A stretch of DNA of 64,000 nucleotides from Flavobacteriales bacterium (GTDB lineage: Bacteria > Bacteroidota > Bacteroidia > Flavobacteriales_D > CAJJDF01): positions 2,109-66,108 of the forward strand of contig CBFHPW010000012.1 in NCBI GenBank assembly GCA_965657945.1, given 5' to 3'. A program made the position numbers and the translations under genes. Below are positions 27,701 to 36,853 of the stretch, in pieces (within the stretch, counting starts at the first letter, position 1; each line of letters starts with the position of its first letter). The notes under the pieces are model-generated. The model ran no database searches and was not told where the DNA came from. It saw nothing but the letters and a program-made list of their open reading frames with translations.

Positions 27701-28421
27701 AGGTAACATACTCTACTCCACCGAAGTAAAAACTAGAAGGACCTCTTGTTGTAATGGAAATAATTCCACCTGTAGCATCTCCATAACTTGCTGGCAGACC
27801 TCCGGTAATTACCGAAACCTCTTGAATAGCAGATTTTGGTAAATTGGAGGATCCTCTCACTTTTATTCCATCGATGTAATAATAGGTAGCTGCTGATCTT
27901 GCTCCTCTTACACTCGAAATAGACCCGTTCCCATCTGTTTGCACACCTCCCACTTGGGCTGCAATAGAACCAGCAGAACGTCCAGGCATTTTTGCTATCT
28001 CATCTTTTGTCATGGTTCCTCCCGAGGCACCTCCATCTTTATCAATCAAGGGAACCTCATAATCAACCACTGTAAATTCATCCAGTGTCACATCGCCAGA
28101 CTCCAAAGGCACGTTTTGAAAAGTAATCTTATCCCCTTTTATTAGCAGGTCATTCACTTGGAATTTTTTGTAACCTACGAAACTTACTTTAAGCGTATAA
28201 GTTCCTGCTTGTAATGAACTTATAGAAAAGTTACCATCCAAGTCGGAAGCAGCTCCAGCTTTTTGAGTTCCATTTTGCAACACTATTAAGTTTACGAACG
28301 GCAAGGTTTCTCCAGTAGACTTATCAGTAATCTGACCTTTTAATGTTCCTGTACCTGCTTGAGAAAACCCAGCGCTAACAGCAGCAATTGCAATAAATGT
28401 TAGAATAATTTTTTTAATCAT
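24792..28421 (-). CDS. TonB-dependent-receptor-like protein (carboxypeptidase-regulatory-like N-domain, plug, barrel)
   Basis: GTLKGQITDKSTGETLPFVN N-domain, plug GGLPASYGDATGGIISITTR, and terminal PRTIRLGVKLDF. Confidence 0.9.
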   Translation of the reverse strand: MIKKIILTFIAIAAVSAGFSQAGTGTLKGQITDKSTGETLPFVNLIVLQNGTQKAGAASDLDGNFSISSLQAGTYTLKVSFVGYKKFQVNDLLIKGDKITFQNVPLESGDVTLDEFTVVDYEVPLIDKDGGASGGTMTKDEIAKMPGRSAGSIAAQVGGVQTDGNGSISSVRGARSAATYYYIDGIKVRGSSNLPKSAIQEVSVITGGLPASYGDATGGIISITTRGPSSFYFGGVEYVTSGYKLGENTYGLDNYGYNLLEGSIAGPLWMKKDSNGKKTKPILGFFLSGNLSHIVDTRPFAIDQYQLKDEVKEDILANPVVRNAGSGINYKTEFLTMDDFEKIKFRQNVAQRRASISSKIDVNTGTNVNVSFGGTLDWANGNGYSFASSLLNSDNLSNSTSSTWRVYGKMTQRFQNNLSKDSEMQSKIKNAYYTVMVDYSRSSSKTTNTRHGDNLFDYGYVGKFDRQFENSYDYDAATNTYIHNGFQETGADFTASDVNSDLAAVTQSFYDFNEGNVTAIDQVLQGQALRNGDGPRSVYGLFTNLGAQPSGYGYSDFSQFRVTASGSANVGDHAITVGFEYEQRSDRSYSIAPNALWTRMRLLANSHINELDLENYTDEYRGTFLYRTYDRLISSDAQSFFDYNLRNSLGLDPNGSDFIVVDALDPSQFNVDFFSADELTNGGFDQSFVSYFGFDHTGKRLSSNPSLDDFFTQKDEFGNFTRPVAAFEPIYFAGFIMDKFAFNDIIFNVGLRVDRFDANQPVLKDKYLLRPAKTVAEVGDLGPHPANMGDDFVVYVNDVNAPTAINGYRSGNTWYNADGIEITDPRTIESPNGIAPYLADGVSATDEVNSNAFQDYQPSIIVMPRISFSFPISEDALFFAHYDILSQRPTTGIRSNPLDYLYIENISANTINNPDLRPTRTIDYEVGFQQVLSRSSSLKIAGFYREQRDEITVINVAGAYPKTYRSFGNLDFGTVKGVTLTYDKRKSKNLWMKVSYTLQFAEGTGSSAGSSLALINSGQPNLRAIFPYSYDQRHAVNATVDFRYGEDKDYNGPVIAGKKILENTGVNFTANFASGTPYSAAKSAVPLTGELAPVLAGTPNGSRNPSQFRVALQLDRNFMLKMGSKKQKTAALNVYLLFNNLLNTQNILGVYRATGNANDDGYLSEAQFQSIIAAQIDEASFREYYALRMNNPFNYSLPRTIRLGVKLDF

Positions 28422-28982
28422 GTTATTGATGTTTTGTTCTTAAATATGGATGAAAAACTTTCATTTCAATCTTTTTTTACTTGCTAGATAATAGTTACCT
28501 GAAAAGTAATAAGTCGTAAATATAAAATATTTTTAAGTTTTTTTAACATATAATTAAATCAAATGTATTTGTTAATTAATGAAAAGAAAAGTACTTCCTC
28601 CAAAAAAACAGGTAAAAATATACATCTCAATTATTTACTCTTTTAGTGCCACATTTATTTAACGGCCGTTTCTTTTCATCATCTGTTTGCTCAGCCAGTA
28701 AATAGGTGTAATTTTTTTGTGAAATGTTTCAACCCTATTCCTTCCATAAAAGGGATAAAACCATTCCTTTTCAACCTTTTGGGATGCCAACCACTTTTGA
28801 TTATTAAAAATCTGCCTCAAGACTAGTTCTATTTCAATTAACTTGCCTCAATTATCAGAAAAATTTTAGATCTGCAATGATCAACTCTAAGTTAAGGTGT
28901 ACTCTCGTGTTTTTCAAAAATGAATTTTTGCCAGTTTAACACAATTTTCGATTTATCAAGAAACAAACTGAATAAATAAGAT

Positions 28983-28990
28983 TAAATTTG
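28983..28990 (+). promoter_or_regulatory. -7 box (TAAATTTG) upstream of the 29045 gene
   Basis: TAnnTTTG match. Confidence 0.5.
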
Positions 28991-29044
28991 CTCTGTTAAC
29001 AATCTCAAGTTATGGCTCCAGCAGAGCGTCCGTTATCATTCTAA

Positions 29045-29815
29045 ATGAAAATCTTTATGACTAAAAATATCCTTCTTTTATTTATTCTTTTAAAAGGCAC
29101 CTTATCTGGTTATTCTCAGGCTAGCATCAAAGACTCTTCCATCTTATTGCCTAATTTAAAGCTAGGAATATCTGCAGGTTTCCCCTCCAAAGATTTAAAA
29201 AAGACTTTTGGCACTTCAGCTATTATTAATACAAAATTCGATGTCAAGTTTCGCTCTCAGTGGTTTGTAGGTGCTCAGTATAATTTTCTTTTTGGAAGAT
29301 CAGTAAAAGATTCTGCCATGTTAGATGAACTAATTACTGAAGGTGGTGGAATCATTAATGCAAATGGTGAATTTGGTACGTTCGAAATGCTCCAGAGAGG
29401 ACATCACGTAGGAATTCATGCCGGACGACTTTTTTCTGTGTTGGCTCCCAATCCCAACACTGGTTTTATTGTATCTGCAGGTTTAGGAATTTTTACCTAC
29501 AAAATTAATTTCAATAACATAAGCGGAGATTTAATTCAGCTAAATGGGGAATATAGCAAAGGATACGACCGATATACAGCTGGGCATTCTTTCACAGAAT
29601 TTATTGGCTATCAATACTTCAGCAACAACAGGCTTTTGAATTTTTATGCTGGGGTAGAATTTACTCAAGCTTTTACTAAAATAAGGAGAGGATATCAAGT
29701 CGATTTTGAACCAAACGATACTAGATTTGGCCCACGAATGGACAACCTATTTTCTATCCAGTTTGGATGGATGCTTCCTCTTTACAAAAGGCCTCCAAAA
29801 GAATTCTATTATTAA
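29045..29815 (+). CDS. Putative outer-membrane beta-barrel protein (start may be ATG 29057)
   Basis: Signal peptide, amphipathic strands, C-terminal IQFGWMLPLY...YY. Confidence 0.7.
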   Translation: MKIFMTKNILLLFILLKGTLSGYSQASIKDSSILLPNLKLGISAGFPSKDLKKTFGTSAIINTKFDVKFRSQWFVGAQYNFLFGRSVKDSAMLDELITEGGGIINANGEFGTFEMLQRGHHVGIHAGRLFSVLAPNPNTGFIVSAGLGIFTYKINFNNISGDLIQLNGEYSKGYDRYTAGHSFTEFIGYQYFSNNRLLNFYAGVEFTQAFTKIRRGYQVDFEPNDTRFGPRMDNLFSIQFGWMLPLYKRPPKEFYY

Positions 29816-30843
29816 GGACGGTAAAAACTCAATATTCTTTTTGCGTCATTTTTTTGAATCAAAAGTTCCTGCAGGGTGAGTTCATTCTCATTAAAATATT
29901 GCGCCACCATTTTGTACCCTATCCACTTACCTAATTCACCAGGCGATTCTTGGGGCAAGCCAGGTGTAAAAGACCCGGGATTGATGTAAGAGTTTATTTC
30001 TTGAATATTCTGCGAATACAACAGCTTGAACTCGATTAAGTTTTGATAAATAAACGGTTCATTTTTCTCGCTCCACTCCCATTCCTTTTGGGAAAAAGAA
30101 AACAATTGAGCTTCTGATTTTTCGGGAAACAAAGCTTTTAGCAACAGCATCATCTTGCCGTGATAAACGAGAGTAGTGAGAAAATCCTCTCTCGCTGCGT
30201 ACATCATTAAGTTCTCAAATTCCCCGGGCCGAGAGTGCTTTACGTAAACCCAGCTCTTCACAGCCTCGAGCACCAAATTCTCTGGATCCATGTCTTGTTT
30301 CAGGTATTGCGGAAAAAATTCGGGTGGAAGAAGTGAAACGACCTCTTCGTTTCTCCCCAAAAACATATCAAGTCCTATTCCTAATGTATCGTTGTAGGGA
30401 AATGTTTTGGCATTGAAACTTGAATAAAACGGAACCAAAACCGGTAGTGTTTCTTCAGGATAATAAAAATGATACCTCGCAAAAGCTTGATTTAACTCGT
30501 TTTCGTGCACCTCAAAATCAGAAAAGACCGATTTCATTCTTCCGTTTATCAATTGAATAATGGAATCTGTCAAAAATTTTTCTAGTCGATAATCTACCAT
30601 TGGATCTTGAGCGGAGCCTGCATTTATCATTTGACTTAAAAAAGATTCGTACAGAATACCATAATCTTTTAACCACTTCTTGTTCAGGTTTTTGAGGTCA
30701 TAAATATCTGCGTCCAGTAATTCGCGGTCGAACCTATGTAGCGTCAACTTCTCATCGAGAGGTTGCACCTCTCCCTCTAATTTAGATTTTGAGGTACAAG
30801 AAAACAAGACTATTCCCGCAAAAAAAACAAGTGCTATTCGCAT
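29812..30843 (-). CDS. gldB: Gliding motility lipoprotein GldB-like
   Basis: Lipobox LFSC, LHRFDRELL, IGLDMFLG, MxYHGK and SPGELGKWIGYKMV..Y. Confidence 0.8.
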   Translation of the reverse strand: MRIALVFFAGIVLFSCTSKSKLEGEVQPLDEKLTLHRFDRELLDADIYDLKNLNKKWLKDYGILYESFLSQMINAGSAQDPMVDYRLEKFLTDSIIQLINGRMKSVFSDFEVHENELNQAFARYHFYYPEETLPVLVPFYSSFNAKTFPYNDTLGIGLDMFLGRNEEVVSLLPPEFFPQYLKQDMDPENLVLEAVKSWVYVKHSRPGEFENLMMYAAREDFLTTLVYHGKMMLLLKALFPEKSEAQLFSFSQKEWEWSEKNEPFIYQNLIEFKLLYSQNIQEINSYINPGSFTPGLPQESPGELGKWIGYKMVAQYFNENELTLQELLIQKNDAKRILSFYRP

Positions 30844-30846
30844 AAC

Positions 30847-33543
30847 TTAGTAATAATTAAGATTGAAAAACTCTTCGTATTTCTTCACCGATTTAGACTT
30901 AAACAACAGCGAATAATTGAGAGGTGTGATAGTAAAGTAAGGGTACTTGGAGACAAACGGTTTCATTGCAGGGTTCACTTTATAGGCCACCATGTAACTG
31001 TTTGCATCGGATTTGTTTCCAAATTGCTTCACCAAAATAGTTTGGTATTGAGCATCCAAACCAACAGACGAAACTTTCAATCCTTTTTCGTCAAAGGAAG
31101 AACTATTGAAATTACTTAATGCTATTTTTAATTTATTAAGGTCTTCGGTTATCGGTACAATTACACAAAAGTAATGAGCTGATTTCTCGTCTTTCACAAA
31201 CACTACTTCTTTGTTATCTTCTTTCGCAATTCTTTCGTTTCTTAATTTACCAAGCGCTTTTTCGGCAATATCTCCCAATGGTGTGTTGGCACAATTATCT
31301 ACCAACCTTTGTAGAGTTGTATCTAGTTCTTCTTTTTTGTCAAGGTCGGACAGTACTTTGGCTTTCAAATAAAGTAATTGACACTCGTAAGGATTCGTTT
31401 CCTTTTGGCTCAACAAAGCATCTATTTTTGCCATACTTGGAAGGTAACTTTTTATCTCAACCAAATTATAAACTTCCTCGTAACTCTTTTGATAAAAATC
31501 TTTCCCTTCTTGTTGTTTGGACATATAGTCTGGGTCCAAAATGATTTTTGCCTCCTTAGATTTTGGGTAATTTTCTAGGATAAAATTTTTCACAGCAACC
31601 ACATCGTCTCGTTGATTTAGGTTTTGATAAATCACATACAATTGGTAGAGCGAAGGAGTAATTTTTGAATTCGGATGAAATCGTTTTTTATTGTCCTTAA
31701 AAGATTGTATTGCTTCACGTTCGTTACCCAGAATATTGGTATAAATTAAGCCCGAAAGATAGTTCGCATTTAGTATCGAAACGTTGGCTAATTTCACTTC
31801 CGACTCTTCCACAGGAACTTGTTTTAAAAACTCCTCTATTTCTTTGTCACTCACAACAGGAGAATTGTTTACATTCACAATTTCCTCTGAATTTGACTGA
31901 CTTTTATTCGATCTTCTCCAGTTATCCTCGAGTGAAATATTGCCCCAAACTGAATTAAATGACTTCAAACCACTTGCTTTTGTCTTGTCGTTGTAAATCC
32001 AGAAACTTCCCTTTTCGCCTAGTGCAGTAGTGGCAAGAACGGGGGCTGGTTCATTGCCTCCAAGGTTTAGATTTTTTACTCGTTCCTCCTCTATTTTTTT
32101 CACTTTTTCTTGGTACAAAATTTCTTCAATTCTGTCTCTCCTTTGCTTTTCATCCAAAGACCCTAATGCAAGCATACTATCTTTAAAAGCAATCGTATTG
32201 ATGTAGGTAACGAGACGTGTCAAACTTTCATTTCTCTCTTTTATCTCTTCAAAATCAGCATTTTTTGGATCTAATTCGAGTAATGTACTGTCGTAATACT
32301 TTTGAGCGAATACATATTCTTTATCATCGAAATAAACGTCTGCCAAACGTTTAAATGTTTTGGCTTTTTGTTTCTCGTTGGAAGGAGCAGAAGCAGCCGA
32401 TATTTCAAGATAAACAATCCCTTGACTTTTGTTGTACTCCTGTAATTCGATATCCGCCAACGCATAGTATATTTGGTCTCTGAATTCAATGTATTTTTCG
32501 TCTTTTGCCAAGTCTAGCAGCTCTTCTTTCAGCGCTCCTCTGTCTTTACTACTCGCAACTAAAGCCCTGTTTATTTTGGAATAAAAAACTAATTGGTAGG
32601 ACGAGCTTTTCTTAATCACATACGAATACTTTACCGAAGCTTGAGGTAGGTTGCCTAACTCTTGATTAAGTTGAGCCTGAATAAAGTGATATCTCACCCT
32701 TAGTTTCTTTGATTTTTCATAATGAATGGCACTATCTAATAATTCTATGGATTGTATAAAATCATTTCTTCTGAGGTAAAAATCTGCTTGAGTAGCAAAA
32801 TAATCAGCATTCATTTTTTCGGGAAACTCCACTAAAAAAGACCGCTCTTCTTTTACTTCCTCTCGCTTTTTAGTTCGTTTGATACTGGACCTACGGTTCG
32901 TCTTTTTCCTCCGTCTCTTTTTGTATTTCTTTCGCCTTTCTTTCGTCTTTTTTTGCTTAGTTTCTTTAATCTTTTTCGCCTGTTTTTCCACTTCAATTTC
33001 ATTGATGTATTTCAATGCTTCGGGAAAATCACCCAATTCAATATAGGTTTTGGCTAACCAAAGTTTAGCATAGTACTTCGACTTGTCTTTCGGATACATT
33101 TTTACAATGTACTTGAACTTTTCGATCGCCTCGTCATATTCTCGCTTATAGAAATAGCTAATCCCCATAACCAGCCAGTTCTCATCCATCCATTTCCCGT
33201 ATTCCTCTTTGGCGACTCTTCCCTTTTTTACATTGGGCATTGCATGCTTACCTATTACAGTAGAAGTTTTGTCAATGGCACGATTCATTTCAGGAAAAAA
33301 ACTCTTTGACTCCTCCTCGTTTGGATATCGGTTTACTGGAATAAGTAAAGTAAAATCTTCAGGAACGTTTTTTGAATAATCCTTGTGAGATACTTTTATT
33401 ATCTCTCTGGCATTAAAATAACCATTGTAATAGGCAGTTGTATTGTGATAAAACCTATTTAATCGCTTATCTTTCTCTGTGGAACAGCCTGCCAACAAGC
33501 TAAAAAAAAGAAGTGCAATAAAATGTGTAAAATGGATTTTCAT
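30847..33543 (-). CDS. sprE: T9SS TPR lipoprotein SprE/PorW-like
   Basis: Lipobox LAGC, RFYHNTTAYYNGYFNA, TPR helices, FRDQIYYALA and WGNISLEDNWRRS. Confidence 0.8.
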   Translation of the reverse strand: MKIHFTHFIALLFFSLLAGCSTEKDKRLNRFYHNTTAYYNGYFNAREIIKVSHKDYSKNVPEDFTLLIPVNRYPNEEESKSFFPEMNRAIDKTSTVIGKHAMPNVKKGRVAKEEYGKWMDENWLVMGISYFYKREYDEAIEKFKYIVKMYPKDKSKYYAKLWLAKTYIELGDFPEALKYINEIEVEKQAKKIKETKQKKTKERRKKYKKRRRKKTNRRSSIKRTKKREEVKEERSFLVEFPEKMNADYFATQADFYLRRNDFIQSIELLDSAIHYEKSKKLRVRYHFIQAQLNQELGNLPQASVKYSYVIKKSSSYQLVFYSKINRALVASSKDRGALKEELLDLAKDEKYIEFRDQIYYALADIELQEYNKSQGIVYLEISAASAPSNEKQKAKTFKRLADVYFDDKEYVFAQKYYDSTLLELDPKNADFEEIKERNESLTRLVTYINTIAFKDSMLALGSLDEKQRRDRIEEILYQEKVKKIEEERVKNLNLGGNEPAPVLATTALGEKGSFWIYNDKTKASGLKSFNSVWGNISLEDNWRRSNKSQSNSEEIVNVNNSPVVSDKEIEEFLKQVPVEESEVKLANVSILNANYLSGLIYTNILGNEREAIQSFKDNKKRFHPNSKITPSLYQLYVIYQNLNQRDDVVAVKNFILENYPKSKEAKIILDPDYMSKQQEGKDFYQKSYEEVYNLVEIKSYLPSMAKIDALLSQKETNPYECQLLYLKAKVLSDLDKKEELDTTLQRLVDNCANTPLGDIAEKALGKLRNERIAKEDNKEVVFVKDEKSAHYFCVIVPITEDLNKLKIALSNFNSSSFDEKGLKVSSVGLDAQYQTILVKQFGNKSDANSYMVAYKVNPAMKPFVSKYPYFTITPLNYSLLFKSKSVKKYEEFFNLNYY

Positions 33544-33680
33544 AAGTAAATAGCCCAGTTGAATTGTATGCTAGGCGATAAAAGTAAAAATTAATCAATA
33601 AACTGAGCCTATAACTAATAATAAATTAAAATATTTTATCTTTAAACCTTTATTCTTGCTAAGAAAATAAAAAAACACCT

Positions 33681-34508
33681 ATGAAAAATTGGTTCAGTAA
33701 ATTGAAAAAACACCTGAAAGAAAAAAATCGATTCATTATTCAGAATCCCATTTCCTTTCAGCAAAAATTTTCAATTACCTTAACCAAGCAACATACTATT
33801 TTGGTATTGCTTGGATGTACGTTAATTTTTGGTGGAATAACGTTTTCAATCATCTCCTTTACCTCTCTCAAAAACTTTGTTCCTGGATACCCAAGCAAAG
33901 GTTCTGAATTGTTCAAAATTGACAAAGAGAATCAGCTCAAATTAAATGAATTGACTCGAGAAAATGCACGTAGAGATTTGTGGATAAAAAACCTTCAATC
34001 CATCCTCTCAAATTCTGATTCTATTTCGATAAATACGTTGAATGAATCCCTCCAAACAGATTCTAATTCCGACTATAAATCCATCATTTTTGAGAGAACA
34101 AAACAAGACTCTTCATTGAGAAAAAAAATGAAGAATTTCGAGGTAACAGGTCGTTTTTCGATGGCAAAAACAATTCTTAAAGAAGCGCTGTTTTTTGAGA
34201 TGCCCTTAGAGAAAGAGCCCCAAGAGTTAGAAAGTGAAGGAATTATTAACTTACAATTTTCTTGTAGGAAGTTAGAACCTATAACCTCTGTAATGGATGG
34301 CACTATTGTTTCCTTTCAAGAAAACACGATTACACTTCAGCATGAACACGATATAGTGACAGTTATGTATGGAGTTGATGGTTCTAAAAATGTAATTGGA
34401 AAGTTTGTTGAAAGAGGATCGAAATTAGGCTCTTCCACTGATACAACACTACTTCTTCAAGTTTGGTACAAAGGAGAAAGCCTGCCTCTATCTGTAATCT
34501 CAAACTAG
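33681..34508 (+). CDS. M23/LytM-like membrane-anchored protein lacking catalytic motifs
   Basis: TM + coiled coil + PITSVMDGTIV...ITLQHEHDIVTVMYG...GKFVERGSKLG. HxxxD and HxH are absent. Confidence 0.65.
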   Translation: MKNWFSKLKKHLKEKNRFIIQNPISFQQKFSITLTKQHTILVLLGCTLIFGGITFSIISFTSLKNFVPGYPSKGSELFKIDKENQLKLNELTRENARRDLWIKNLQSILSNSDSISINTLNESLQTDSNSDYKSIIFERTKQDSSLRKKMKNFEVTGRFSMAKTILKEALFFEMPLEKEPQELESEGIINLQFSCRKLEPITSVMDGTIVSFQENTITLQHEHDIVTVMYGVDGSKNVIGKFVERGSKLGSSTDTTLLLQVWYKGESLPLSVISN

Positions 34509-35923
34509 TTTTTGTTGTTCATTAGTTCTTTAGAAAAATCAAATAATACCGCTTCATCAAAAGGTTTGGCCATCAGCTGAATCCCAAATGGCAGACCATT
34601 AGAATGAGATCCAAGCGGCAAGGAAATCGCTGGGTTTCCAGCAATATTAGCATGGACTGTAAAGATATCTTGCAGGTACATCGTAATTGGGTCCTTCACA
34701 TTTTCTCCAATCTTAAATGCAGTATCTGGAGTGGTAGGACCCAAAATAATGTCATATTTTTGAAATACTTCTTCTGTTTTTTGCTGAATTACCCGCCTTA
34801 CCTTCATGGCTTTTGTGTAATACGCATCGTAATAACCCGAGCTCAACACAAAGGTTCCTAACATTATCCTTCTTTTTACCTCTTCTCCAAACCCCTCAGT
34901 TCTAGATAAAACATAAGTTGAATCAATGTCTTTTGCATTTTCGCTTCTGTAACCGAAGTGAATTCCATCATAGCGAGAAAAATTTGAAGAAGCTTCTGCA
35001 GTGGTCAATACATAATAAGTTGGTACCATATAATCCAAATAAGGAAAATCAAACGTTTCTACCTCATGACCTTTAGCTTTGAGATCTTCGGCCAATGCCA
35101 ACACTTTCGCTTTGATTTCGGGGTTCAATCCTTCGCTTTTTATCACTTCCTTGGGAATTCCAATTCTTCGTTTTTTCTCACTACTTTGTTTCAAGTAATC
35201 ATTCACTTTCAAAGACGAAGACGTACTATCCATTTCGTCCTTTCCGGCCATAACTTGCGTGAGTAGAGCTGCATCCTCTACCGAGTGGGTAAACGGACCT
35301 ATTTGGTCAAATGACGAAGCGTATGCCAGTAATCCCCATCTAGAAACTCTTCCATAAGTAGGTTTCATTCCAACCACTCCGCAAAACGAAGCAGGCTGAC
35401 GAATAGAACCTCCCGTATCGGAACCTAAACTAGCCAAACATAACCCCGCAGCTACTGCCGCAGCAGAACCTCCCGAAGAACCTCCTGGCACTTTATCTTC
35501 TTGAATTGGGTTTAATACATTCCCCTTTGAGGAGTTCTCATTAGAACTTCCCATAGCAAACTCATCACAGTTCAGTCTTCCTATAATGATTGCATCTTCC
35601 TCCAACAATCGTTTTACAGCAGTAGCTGAATACAAGGATTCAAATCCTTCAAGAATTTTTGAGGAAGCCGACACTTTGTGTCCTTCGTAACAAATATTAT
35701 CTTTAATCCCTATCACAAAACCGGCAAGTTTACCTGCTGTTCCTGCCGTAATTTTCTCGTCCACTTCTTTCGCTTTTTTCAAAGCACTGGACTTAAATAC
35801 TTCAAGAAATGTATTTAATTTTTTTTTCTCTTCGATTCGTTCTATGTAATCCTTTACCACTTGAACACAGGTGGTGGATTTGCTCGTTAAATCTGCAAGA
35901 AGTTGAGGATAATTTTTATACAA
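34505..35923 (-). CDS. gatA: Asp-tRNA(Asn)/Glu-tRNA(Gln) amidotransferase subunit A
   Basis: IGIKDNI, PGGSSGGSAAAVAAG, GSDTGGSIRQPA and EVKRRIMLGTFVLS. Confidence 0.95.
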   Translation of the reverse strand: MYKNYPQLLADLTSKSTTCVQVVKDYIERIEEKKKLNTFLEVFKSSALKKAKEVDEKITAGTAGKLAGFVIGIKDNICYEGHKVSASSKILEGFESLYSATAVKRLLEEDAIIIGRLNCDEFAMGSSNENSSKGNVLNPIQEDKVPGGSSGGSAAAVAAGLCLASLGSDTGGSIRQPASFCGVVGMKPTYGRVSRWGLLAYASSFDQIGPFTHSVEDAALLTQVMAGKDEMDSTSSSLKVNDYLKQSSEKKRRIGIPKEVIKSEGLNPEIKAKVLALAEDLKAKGHEVETFDFPYLDYMVPTYYVLTTAEASSNFSRYDGIHFGYRSENAKDIDSTYVLSRTEGFGEEVKRRIMLGTFVLSSGYYDAYYTKAMKVRRVIQQKTEEVFQKYDIILGPTTPDTAFKIGENVKDPITMYLQDIFTVHANIAGNPAISLPLGSHSNGLPFGIQLMAKPFDEAVLFDFSKELMNNKN

Positions 35924-35936
35924 AACTAAGAGTGAT

Positions 35937-36140
35937 TTATTTGTCTTCTAATACGTTGTCTATTGAGTCCTTCTTTGAATCTGATTCTTCTCCTTTAGAA
36001 GCATCTTTAAATTCTTTGATTCCACTTCCCAGTCCTTTCATTAGTTCTGGAATTTTCTTTCCTCCAAACAACAAAAGTACAACTACTACGATAAGTACAA
36101 TTTGATAACCTCCGATGGCTAAAAACACGAATGAATTCAT
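35937..36140 (-). CDS. tatA: Twin-arginine translocase TatA/TatE
   Basis: [24 protein letters not shown]. Confidence 0.95.
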   Translation of the reverse strand: MNSFVFLAIGGYQIVLIVVVVLLLFGGKKIPELMKGLGSGIKEFKDASKGEESDSKKDSIDNVLEDK

Positions 36141-36189
36141 AATTTTTGATTAATCTATTTAGAACAAATGTAAGAATAAAGTGCATAAA

Positions 36190-36219
36190 AAAAGCGAAGT
36201 ATTCATAAACTTCGCTTTT
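36190..36219 (-). terminator. Intrinsic terminator after the TlpA gene
   Basis: AAAAGCGAAGT-N8-ACTTCGCTTTT inverted repeat with an A-run giving a U-tail on the minus strand. Confidence 0.75.
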
Positions 36220-36248
36220 CATTAGTTGAGAAAATAACCTCTCTTTCA

Positions 36249-36752
36249 TTATTTCGTCAATTCTTGAATCTTCTTGTATAATTTTTTCTCATCACCAGGT
36301 ACGTAATTGTTGTGTTCGTAGACAATCTTTCCACTACCATCTACCAAAAATGTATACGGCACATTGTTTACATTCATCGCTCTTTTTAAGTCTTGATTTG
36401 CATCTAAATACACTTCAAAGTCCCAAGCTTTTGAATCGACATATGGCTTTACTTTGTGCTTATTTCTGGCATCATCAATAGAGATAGCCACCACCTTTAC
36501 TCCTGTTTCATCTTGCCAATCTGGGTAAAGCTCCGAAATATTATTCAATTCTTTTTTACAAGGGCTACACCAAGTCGCCCAAAACGAAATCACCATTGGC
36601 TTTCCATCATTTGAAAGCTCCGATGTGTTAATCGTTTTACCTGTCAGTGTTTTAATGTTCACCGATGGAACTGTTTTTCCGTTGCCATTCGTAAAAGAAA
36701 ACGCCAATGTTCCAAGCGCTATCAAGATTGAAAATTTAATTGTTTTAGTCAT
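36249..36752 (-). CDS. TlpA/ResA-like thiol-disulfide oxidoreductase
   Basis: SFWATWCSPCKKEL; signal peptide. Confidence 0.9.
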   Translation of the reverse strand: MTKTIKFSILIALGTLAFSFTNGNGKTVPSVNIKTLTGKTINTSELSNDGKPMVISFWATWCSPCKKELNNISELYPDWQDETGVKVVAISIDDARNKHKVKPYVDSKAWDFEVYLDANQDLKRAMNVNNVPYTFLVDGSGKIVYEHNNYVPGDEKKLYKKIQELTK

Positions 36753-36853
36753 TTTGAACTTTTTTTTGTATTTTTACTCTTGGTGAAGATACAAATAACT
36801 GTGCCAAAAACTAGCTGGTTTCACCGATTAACATTTATATAACCGAAAATGAC

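Noticed and set aside
28649-28860. Start-less open frame on the minus strand (IEIELVLRQIFNNQKW...KRNGR*) upstream of the TBDR gene
   Set aside because: No start codon or recognisable family; it could be a remnant but cannot be supported.
29012-29044. 10-codon uORF MAPAERPLSF* abutting ATG 29045
   Set aside because: Too short, with no attenuator structure or biased codons.
17471-35923. sucD without sucC and gatA without gatB/gatC
   Set aside because: Split organisation of these operons is ordinary in Bacteroidota.
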